Shown here: positions 18,805 to 26,645 of the stretch, piece after piece | Numbering within the stretch: the first letter of the stretch is position 1 | Layout of the letters: every line of letters starts with the position of its first letter | DNA from: Oceanispirochaeta sp. | GTDB lineage: Bacteria > Spirochaetota > Spirochaetia > DSM-2461 | Reading direction: 5' to 3' | NCBI GenBank assembly: GCA_963666275.2 | Contig: CAXXOA010000001.1 | Location: forward strand, 64,001 to 128,000 | DNA: 64,000 bases | Program-made: the position numbers and the translations under genes | The notes under the pieces: generated by a model | What the model was told of the DNA's origin: nothing | The model's input: only the letters and a program-made list of their open reading frames with translations | Database searches by the model: none

Positions 18805-18858
18805 ACAAAAAAAAGCCCACCCGAAGGTGAGCTCTCTATATGTAACAGAAGAGTATCC
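18805..18858 (-). terminator. right copy of direct repeat; rho-independent terminator downstream of nifJ
   Basis: minus strand GCTCACC-TTCG-GGTGGGC-T8 (UUCG loop); further hairpins at 18848-18873 and 18891-18921. Confidence 0.85.
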
Positions 18859-18937
18859 CGTGGAACACTCTTCCGATTCTCCCCATTATCGACTGCCTGA
18901 ACCAGTGATTCAGGCAGCGTCTAAATCAGAGATTAGA

Positions 18938-21900
18938 TTACATGATTTCTCCCATTTTCTTGAAGAAATCCCATCTTTTCTTGGCATCTGCTTCACATTC
19001 CGCGTAGAGGCCTTCGGCTTCTTCGGGAGCAGTTTTAAGCAGCGCGGTGTAACGTCTTTCGCTTCTGATGAACTCCTGGAAATCTCCGGTAGGATCTTTG
19101 GCATCCCAGCTGAATTTCTTTCCTTCTTCCAGAGCGGGGTTGTAGCGGTACATAGGCCAGTAACCGCAGTCTACGGCTCTTTTCTCTTCGACCTGAGTTT
19201 TCATCATGTCGATACCGTGGGCAATACAGGGCGCGTAAGCGAAGATGATGGAAGGTCCGTCATACGCTACAGCTTCCTGGATGGCTTTCTGAGCATGGTT
19301 CCTGTTGGCACCCAGAGCGATAGAGGCTACGTAACAGTAACCATAGCTCATGGCCATGAGGCTCATGTTCTTTTTACCCAGTCTCTTACCGGCGTTGGCA
19401 AACTTGGCAACAGCACTGATCTGGGTAGATTTGGAAGCCTGTCCACCGGTGTTTGAGTAAACCTCGGTATCCAGAACAAGGATGTTTACGTTTTTACCGG
19501 CAGCCAGTACGTGGTCTACACCACTGAATCCGATATCGTAAGCCCAACCGTCACCACCGATGATCCATACCGACTTATCTACAAAGTAGTCCTGGAGTTC
19601 GATGATTTTGGCCATGGTTTCGTCGCCGGCGGCATCAGCAGGAAGAGCTGCTTTTACAGCATCCTGAGCGTCGATGGCTTTCTGAGTTGTATCATCCCAC
19701 AGCTCCAGAGAAGCTTTCAGGGCTGATGTCAGTTCGGGAGTGGTTCCCGCAGCCAGAAGTGCGTCGACTTTTTTCTTCAGCAGAGTTCTGTTGGAATCTA
19801 CAGCCAGTCTCATACCGAAACCGTATTCCGCATTGTCTTCGAAGAGTGAGTTACCCCAGGCGGGTCCTCTTCCCTGTTCGTTTTTACAGTAGGGAACTGT
19901 GGGGAATGTACCACCGTAGATGGAGGAACATCCTGTTGCATTGGCTGCCAGCATGTGCTCACCGCAGATCTGGGTTACCAGTTTAACATAGGGAGTTTCA
20001 CCACAACCTGCACAGGCTCCGGAGAACTCGAACAGAGGTCTCTTGAACTGAGTTCCCTTGACGTTGTCTTCGGAAGATCCGTCGAGAGCTCCGTAGGGAA
20101 GGGGTTCGAAGAATTTTTCATTTTCGTGTTCACCCAGCTCTCTTTCTTTTTCAAGAGTAGAGAATACAAGGGCTTTTTCTTTGGCGGGACAGGTTTCGAT
20201 ACAGACACCACAACCCTGACAGTCGTCAGTGTAAACCTGAACTTTGTATTTCAGGTCAGCGTCTTTATCTTTGGATGCTTTCAGGTCTACAACGTTGAAA
20301 GTATCGGGTGCACCGGCCAGGTCGGCAGGTCTGATCTGTTTTGCCCGGATAGCCGCATGGGGACAGGACTGTACACACTGGTTACACTGGATACAGTTGG
20401 CACTCTGCCACTGGGGTACACGGGGTGCAACACCACGTTTTTCCAGTTTGGTGGTTCCTGTGGGGAGCACACCGTCAAAGCTCATGTGAGATACGGGGAT
20501 ATCATCACCCTTCATGAGCATGGATTTTTCAATGATGTTTTTGGTGAAATCATCTGCATCCGCGGGGATCAGAGTTTCGGGAACGTAAGATTTGGTGATG
20601 GAAGAAGGAACTTCAACCTTGATCAGGGCGGCAGCAGATTTATCTACGGCTTCCCAGTTCATCTTAACGATATCTTCACCCTTTCTGCTGAAAGTTTTCT
20701 TGATGTAGGATTTCATCAGGTCGATGGCCTGCTCTTCGGGCAGTACACCGGAGATCTTGAAGAAAGCAGCCTGCAGTACAGTATTGGTTCTGTTACCCAG
20801 TCCGACTTCTTCGGCAATCTTGTAGGCGTTCATGGCGTAGAACTTGACTTTTCTGTCGATGATAATCTGCTGTTCCTCTTTGGTGAGGCTGTTGAAGATC
20901 TCATCAGCGGGAACTTCAGTGTTCAGCAGGAATACTCCGCCTTCCTTGATAGGACCGAGCATATCGTAACGACCGATATAAGCGGGGTTTGAACAGGCTA
21001 CAAAGTCGGCTTTGTTGATCAGCCAGGGCATATTAACGGAAGATTTTCCGAATCTCAGGTGAGAAGTGGTAACACCACCGGACTTTTTAGAGTCGTATAC
21101 GAAGTAGGCCTGAGCGTTCATGTCGGTGTTGTCACCGATGATTTTGATGGAGTTCTTGTTGGCTCCGACGGTACCGTCAGATCCCAGACCCCAGAACATA
21201 CCGCTGAAAATATCGTCTGCGGCTACGCTGATCTCTTCTTTGATTTCAATGGACTTGTTGGAAACGTCATCGGTAATACCAACTGTGAATCCGTGGAAAG
21301 CCGCACCGTCGAGGTGATCGTAGATGGCTTTGACGTGAGAGGGGTTGAACTCTTTGGAAGACAGACCGTAGCGTCCTCCGATGATTTCAATACCTTTTCC
21401 GTTCAGAACAGTCACAACATCTTTGTAAAGAGGTTCACCCAGTGAACCGGGTTCTTTTGTTCTGTCCATAACAGCGATTTTCTTAACACTGGCGGGCAGG
21501 GCATCGATAAACGCTTTGGCAGAGAAAGGTCTGTAAAGTCTTACTTTGATAGCACCGACTTTTTCACCTTTGCTTACAAGGTAGTTTACAGTCTGTTCTG
21601 TTGTGTCACAGGCGGATCCCATGATGATGATAACTTTTTCAGCATCGGGAGCACCAACGTAATCAAACAGGTGGTACTGTCTGCCCACTTTGGAAGCCAG
21701 CAGATCCATATATTCCTGAACAACTTCAGGAACTGTATCATAAATGTTATTGGTTGTTTCACGACCCTGGAAGTAAACGTCGGGGTTCTGAGCTGCCACT
21801 TTTACAACGGGCTTTTCAGGTCTCATACCTCTGGAGCGGAATCTTTCGATATATTCAGGCTCGATCATGGATTTGATCGTATCGTAGGAGATTTCCTCTA

Positions 21901-22453
21901 CCTTCTGGATTTCGTGAGAGGTTCTGAATCCGTCAAAGAAAGACAGGAAAGGAACCTGGGTTTTCAGAGTTGCCAGATGAGCAACAACAGCCATATCCAT
22001 TGTTTCCTGAATGGAGGAAGCAGCGGTCATGGCGAAACCGGTAGCCAGACAGGACATAACGTCTGAGTGGTCACCGAAAATAGACAGAGACTGTGCCGCC
22101 AGTGAACGGGCGGAAACATGGAAAACTGTCGGAATCATTTCACCGGCAATCTTGTACATGTTGGGGATCATCAGCAGAAGACCCTGAGACGCGGTAAACG
22201 TGGTTGTCAGGGCACCACCGGAAAGGGCTCCGTGAACGGAACCGGCTGCACCGGCTTCAGACTGCATTTCTACAACATCGACTTTTTTGCCGAAGACGTT
22301 TTCCCGGCCCTGGCTCGCCCAGGCGTCGGAATACTCACCCATCGGTGATGAGGGAGTAATGGGGAAAATTGCGGCTACTTCACTGAAAGCATACGCTACA
22401 TGAGCTGCAGCGGCATTACCGTCAATGGTAACCATTTTCTTTTCATTTGACAT
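18938..22453 (-). CDS. nifJ: pyruvate:ferredoxin (flavodoxin) oxidoreductase
   Basis: FPITPSS, EMQSEAGAAG, GLGSDGTVGANK, two CxxCxxCxxxCP ferredoxin motifs, GACAGCGETPY, GGDGWAYDIG; 1171 aa. Confidence 0.98.
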   Translation of the reverse strand: MSNEKKMVTIDGNAAAAHVAYAFSEVAAIFPITPSSPMGEYSDAWASQGRENVFGKKVDVVEMQSEAGAAGSVHGALSGGALTTTFTASQGLLLMIPNMYKIAGEMIPTVFHVSARSLAAQSLSIFGDHSDVMSCLATGFAMTAASSIQETMDMAVVAHLATLKTQVPFLSFFDGFRTSHEIQKVEEISYDTIKSMIEPEYIERFRSRGMRPEKPVVKVAAQNPDVYFQGRETTNNIYDTVPEVVQEYMDLLASKVGRQYHLFDYVGAPDAEKVIIIMGSACDTTEQTVNYLVSKGEKVGAIKVRLYRPFSAKAFIDALPASVKKIAVMDRTKEPGSLGEPLYKDVVTVLNGKGIEIIGGRYGLSSKEFNPSHVKAIYDHLDGAAFHGFTVGITDDVSNKSIEIKEEISVAADDIFSGMFWGLGSDGTVGANKNSIKIIGDNTDMNAQAYFVYDSKKSGGVTTSHLRFGKSSVNMPWLINKADFVACSNPAYIGRYDMLGPIKEGGVFLLNTEVPADEIFNSLTKEEQQIIIDRKVKFYAMNAYKIAEEVGLGNRTNTVLQAAFFKISGVLPEEQAIDLMKSYIKKTFSRKGEDIVKMNWEAVDKSAAALIKVEVPSSITKSYVPETLIPADADDFTKNIIEKSMLMKGDDIPVSHMSFDGVLPTGTTKLEKRGVAPRVPQWQSANCIQCNQCVQSCPHAAIRAKQIRPADLAGAPDTFNVVDLKASKDKDADLKYKVQVYTDDCQGCGVCIETCPAKEKALVFSTLEKERELGEHENEKFFEPLPYGALDGSSEDNVKGTQFKRPLFEFSGACAGCGETPYVKLVTQICGEHMLAANATGCSSIYGGTFPTVPYCKNEQGRGPAWGNSLFEDNAEYGFGMRLAVDSNRTLLKKKVDALLAAGTTPELTSALKASLELWDDTTQKAIDAQDAVKAALPADAAGDETMAKIIELQDYFVDKSVWIIGGDGWAYDIGFSGVDHVLAAGKNVNILVLDTEVYSNTGGQASKSTQISAVAKFANAGKRLGKKNMSLMAMSYGYCYVASIALGANRNHAQKAIQEAVAYDGPSIIFAYAPCIAHGIDMMKTQVEEKRAVDCGYWPMYRYNPALEEGKKFSWDAKDPTGDFQEFIRSERRYTALLKTAPEEAEGLYAECEADAKKRWDFFKKMGEIM

Positions 22454-22493
22454 ATGAGAAATCCCTTATAATTAGAATAGTTTTGACCCCAAC

Positions 22494-22522
22494 ATCATAA
22501 AGGTTATGCCAGAAGTGGGCAA
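22494..22522 (-). promoter_or_regulatory. putative sigma70 promoter of nifJ
   Basis: minus strand TTGCCC-17 nt-TATGAT, 40 nt upstream of start. Confidence 0.55.
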
Positions 22523-22738
22523 GGGCAATTCTCCAACCCTTTCTTAAAATAGGTAGGGAAATATCGAATAATTCGCAATTCTATGATGCAAAAAATCCAA
22601 CATAAGAATTTTAGGGGAATCCTGACAAAATCCTAATATAAATGAATCAGAATAGACGGAAATATCACCACTATAGGACCTTATTTACTAATATTAGCTC
22701 CTTTCAGGGGGTATATAAGTGACTTTTGGAGAAAAATT

Positions 22739-23626
22739 ATGGAAATACGGGAAGAAATCCTCGGAAATGTCCGGGTGTGTCATCTATCAGGGGAGTTGGA
22801 TCTTTATACCTCCGGAAGAGTGAAAGAGGCTGTGACCGGCCAGATAAACCGGGGAGCAAGGAAGGTCATTCTGCACTGCAAAGATATGACATATATTGAT
22901 TCCAGCGGGGTGGGAGTTGTCATTTCCCTTTTCACATCCCTTAGAAAAATGAAAGGAGATCTGTACCTCTGCGGACTTCTGCCGCAGGTCCTCTCGGTCC
23001 TCTCCTTTACAAAACTGGTGGGATTTCTTCCTGTTGCGGAGACCCTGGGGCAGGCTCTGAAGGACATCGGCCAAACCGCAGAGGATGAAAGGGAGAAATT
23101 TTCCGCAGAACATAAATACAGAGAGATTATTCAGGATGATGAGCATGTACTTCTGAAGACAGATAAAATGAATCATAAGGACTTCAATCTGGATCTGAGA
23201 AAGGTCCGCCGTCTGAGTCAGCTGATTGTGCAGAAGGCTCCCCGGGAGATCCTGGAGATTAACCTTCTGGAACAGCAGATCTGTGAAATCATAAAAAATG
23301 CCGTACGCCACGGCAACAGGAATGATCCCAATAAAAAAGTGAGGATATGGTACTCTTTCAGTGAGAAACACGCCCATCTGGTGGTCCAGGATGAGGGCGA
23401 AGGGTTCAGGAATCTCGACCGATGGAACTCTTTCTACAGGAAAAAGATGAAAGCCTTTGAAGAGAAAGACTTTGATACCATGATGGATTATCTCTCCTAC
23501 AGAACCGCCGACAGTAATGACAATGACGGGGGGAATGCCCTTTTTGCGGCTGTGGAATTCTGGAACCGGGGTGTGGTTTTTTCGGAAAAAGGAAATACAG
23601 TGGCTGTGAAACGGATCTATAGCTGA
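22739..23626 (+). CDS. STAS anti-anti-sigma domain fused to RsbW/SpoIIAB-like HATPase domain
   Basis: LSGELD and YIDSSGVG (phospho-Ser motif) in N half; EIIKNAVRHGN and VQDEGEGF in C half. Confidence 0.85.
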   Translation: MEIREEILGNVRVCHLSGELDLYTSGRVKEAVTGQINRGARKVILHCKDMTYIDSSGVGVVISLFTSLRKMKGDLYLCGLLPQVLSVLSFTKLVGFLPVAETLGQALKDIGQTAEDEREKFSAEHKYREIIQDDEHVLLKTDKMNHKDFNLDLRKVRRLSQLIVQKAPREILEINLLEQQICEIIKNAVRHGNRNDPNKKVRIWYSFSEKHAHLVVQDEGEGFRNLDRWNSFYRKKMKAFEEKDFDTMMDYLSYRTADSNDNDGGNALFAAVEFWNRGVVFSEKGNTVAVKRIYS

Positions 23627-23643
23627 TTTCAGGCTCCCGCCCT

Positions 23644-24858
23644 TTATAACCTGATATCTTCGGCTTCATCCGGATGGGGGTAGCGGATCAGCAGGAAGGT
23701 CATATCGTCATGATAGGGCGTGTCCTGCCGGAAGGTTTCGAAATCCAGAAGCACCGCATCGCGGATCTCCTCCAGGGAGCAGTCTCTGTAGATTTTGATA
23801 AGGTCCTGGAGCTGCCGCATCTCATAGCATTGTCCCGAAGCATCCTTCTGCTCCACAAGACCGTCTGTAATGGTCATGATAATGTCGTTGTATTTCAGAG
23901 TCAGGGCTCCCGCTTTAGGTTCCAGGGATTCTGTGACCCCCACCGGGAGATTGTCCATTTCCGATGCGATCCTGTTGGACTTCCCCTCCCTGATCAGAGA
24001 GAGATAGGAGTGGCCCATGTCCAGAATAATCACTTTGCCGGTGAGTTCGTTGAACTGCATGAAGACTCCTGTGAGGAAACGGTCCCCTTTGAAGGTTTCA
24101 AAGATGATGCGGTTGAGATCTCTCACAAAGGCTTTCAGCCCTTTCCGGAAATCATAGGTCTGGGCAATGCCGTAGAGCATGGCTGTCACAATAGAGGCCG
24201 CCACCCCTTTGCCTGAGACATCGCAGAGCATGAGGATCCAGTCACTGGTGTTGATCTTCTTGGTCAGGTAGAAATCTCCTCCCACGCCCTGTGCGGGGGT
24301 GAAGGATGTGGCCACTTCTACACCGAAGGCCATGATATTATGACGGCTCTTCACCATCCTGTTCTGAACTTTTCTTGCAAGCTGCAGATCTTTCCGGCTC
24401 TGTTCGGACAGGTGTATCAGAAGGTTCCTTGTAGAGAAAATCCCGGCAAAACCTCCTTTTTTATCCAGAACCGTATAGTAGCTCTCCTTCTGAAGTTTCA
24501 TTTCATGCTTCAGTTCCTCGCTGACTGTGAGGAGAGGGGTTTTCAGTTCGAATTCCCGGGGCATCACTGTGACTTTGCTGACCGGTCTTTTTTTAAGCAC
24601 ATCCAGGCCGAAAGGGCGGCTGACCAGTTTCATCAGCTCTTTCCTTACTATAATGCCTCTGTAGGTTCTCCTGTCATCGCTGACCACGCCAACCGCATTG
24701 ATCTCCGAGCCGGGGCCGTTGAAGAGATTGACAAGCTCCTGGATCGGCAGATCCTCCCTGATATAGGAGCGGCTCGAGATGAGGCGGCACACCGAATAGC
24801 CCGAGTCCATCAGCTCGTCGGGAACCCTTCTGAGTATAGTCGTCTCTGCTGTATTCAT
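23644..24858 (-). CDS. SpoIIE/RsbU-type PP2C phosphatase with N-terminal CBS-like pair
   Basis: VGGDFY, CDVSGKGVAAS, TDGLVE, DDMT; N-terminal GIIVRKEL and GIFSTRNLL CBS-like motifs. Confidence 0.88.
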   Translation of the reverse strand: MNTAETTILRRVPDELMDSGYSVCRLISSRSYIREDLPIQELVNLFNGPGSEINAVGVVSDDRRTYRGIIVRKELMKLVSRPFGLDVLKKRPVSKVTVMPREFELKTPLLTVSEELKHEMKLQKESYYTVLDKKGGFAGIFSTRNLLIHLSEQSRKDLQLARKVQNRMVKSRHNIMAFGVEVATSFTPAQGVGGDFYLTKKINTSDWILMLCDVSGKGVAASIVTAMLYGIAQTYDFRKGLKAFVRDLNRIIFETFKGDRFLTGVFMQFNELTGKVIILDMGHSYLSLIREGKSNRIASEMDNLPVGVTESLEPKAGALTLKYNDIIMTITDGLVEQKDASGQCYEMRQLQDLIKIYRDCSLEEIRDAVLLDFETFRQDTPYHDDMTFLLIRYPHPDEAEDIRL

Positions 24859-24934
24859 ATGATCTCTCCTTTTTTCGTATGGACAGAGATCAGAGTATCA
24901 GCGGAGTATGAATGTTTTGTTAAATCCCGGAAAT

Positions 24935-26482
24935 TCAGGAGTAGAGCAGTCTCAGATATTCCAGCCTGGTGAAGTCCCTGAGAAGTGTCTCGCCGGGATC
25001 CCGGTTAAGACTGAAAGTTCTGCCATCCTGAAAAGAGTCTAGTATTTTCTGAAACGCACTGTTATAGGCATCAAACCCATAGTGCCTGAAAAGCTCTTCC
25101 CTGTGGGAGTCCTTCTCCACTTTTTCCATGGATGTGATGGATCTGATCAGAGAATGATTCAGCTCTTTGAGTTCCTTCCGGTAGCCCTTGTCCTCTTTCT
25201 GTGTCTGCAGCGATGAGTACTGATCCAGAACGGAGAGGAAGGAGAAGTCTATTCCTTCCTGATTCAGCAGGGCATCCAGTTCGCCGATCAGTTTTTCCTT
25301 CAGTGCTGCAGAAGGGCCCGGATTCAGGGCGTCAAAGCGGAGTATATACTCTTCCCGGAGGGACTGTTTCAGCTGTTTTTTACCTGGGACTTTCACCTGC
25401 CTGTAGAAATGGGAGGGGTAGGTCTCAAACAGGGGAAGGAATCCGCCCATTATGTCCAGATAGCGGGCTATCAGGGGTTTGTTCCAGAGAATCGCATTCA
25501 GATACATATAGCCGAATCCCTCCTGAACTGAGGAAGAAAAAATCCGGTCGGCATGCCGGATCATACCCTGATAGGTAATTCCCGATTCTTCGGGAAGAAT
25601 TCCGGTTCCCCAGAACCCCGGGATAAGCCCTTCCAGAAAGGCCCTCTCCACTGTTTCCGAGTACTCTTTCTCCTGTTCTGATATGCCCGGCAGGGTCACA
25701 ATCAGGTTGGCCGGGGAGTCAAGAAGCCGGCAGATCAGTCCCCCTTCGAGGATATTCTTTCTGCGTATGGTTCTGACAGGGTACAGCCAGAGTTCACCCT
25801 GGGGGAGGAAGCTGCCGTGATCCGGTGCATAACGGGACAGATTCTCGATCAGGACAGCCCTTTCCTCCGGAGAGGGAAGGGGGGCGGCCGGTTTAAAGGG
25901 GAGAGGGTTCTCAAGGAGGAAAATCTGATTCTCCGGCAGGCCCGCCTGAATCATAAGATCGTAATCCCGCTGGTTGATGACCGAGTACCTGACAGAAAGG
26001 GAGCCTGTGTAGAGGCTTTTTTTCAGATTGTCTCTCAGGATCTTCAGGTTTTCATATCTGCCGCATTCTGGGAAATCATGAACCTGAAAGATCATTTTCT
26101 GATCACCCTTTTCGGCCAGCTGAAGGAGCGCGGCTGTAAAAATCCAGTTTTTTCCCAGATGGTAGTTGTGAATCAGCCAGACCGACTGCTCTGAACCGAA
26201 CTCTCTCTCCAGTTTTCCGGCCAGGACCGCAGGCTCGTCCGGGGGGGAGTCCCGTTGGGACAGATAGTCTATAGCGGGGTATACCCTGACCTCTATGTCC
26301 CTCTCGGGATCTGCGGCATACTCCCTCAGTGAATCCAGGTTTTCATCTCTCCCGCAGACGATTGTTATTTTACCTACCGAAGGCCCCGGGTTGAAGGCCT
26401 GCAGAGAGAGGCGCACAACATCGGTCACACCTCCCGGCAGAAGATGGTAGTGGAATATGACAAGGTTCACTGGCTGGTTCAT
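24935..26482 (-). CDS. GT-B fold glycosyltransferase-like protein
   Basis: HYHLLPGGVTDV, HNYHLGKN, YPVRTIRRKNI, SSVQEGFG motifs. Confidence 0.65.
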   Translation of the reverse strand: MNQPVNLVIFHYHLLPGGVTDVVRLSLQAFNPGPSVGKITIVCGRDENLDSLREYAADPERDIEVRVYPAIDYLSQRDSPPDEPAVLAGKLEREFGSEQSVWLIHNYHLGKNWIFTAALLQLAEKGDQKMIFQVHDFPECGRYENLKILRDNLKKSLYTGSLSVRYSVINQRDYDLMIQAGLPENQIFLLENPLPFKPAAPLPSPEERAVLIENLSRYAPDHGSFLPQGELWLYPVRTIRRKNILEGGLICRLLDSPANLIVTLPGISEQEKEYSETVERAFLEGLIPGFWGTGILPEESGITYQGMIRHADRIFSSSVQEGFGYMYLNAILWNKPLIARYLDIMGGFLPLFETYPSHFYRQVKVPGKKQLKQSLREEYILRFDALNPGPSAALKEKLIGELDALLNQEGIDFSFLSVLDQYSSLQTQKEDKGYRKELKELNHSLIRSITSMEKVEKDSHREELFRHYGFDAYNSAFQKILDSFQDGRTFSLNRDPGETLLRDFTRLEYLRLLYS

Positions 26483-26645
26483 GACGGCTGCTCCCTGATT
26501 CTAATAATAGGAAAAAACAAGGGGGATTCGCAAGAGAATACCAACATGGGGCTGTAATATTGATAAACCTGTACCAATGAAATATATTCTAAGTTGTTAG
26601 ACATCATTGATATCATTATATAATACAAAGAAAAGTAGGGCTGTT

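Noticed and set aside
17888..18858. CRISPR array or IS element
   Set aside because: only two repeats about 920 bp apart with two genes between; no cas gene, transposase or terminal inverted repeats
19955..20992. 345-aa + strand ORF inside nifJ
   Set aside because: antisense shadow favoured by the codon bias of nifJ
22454..22738. possible riboswitch or sRNA in the nifJ-STAS intergenic region
   Set aside because: AT-rich, no recognisable conserved RNA motif; explained by divergent promoters
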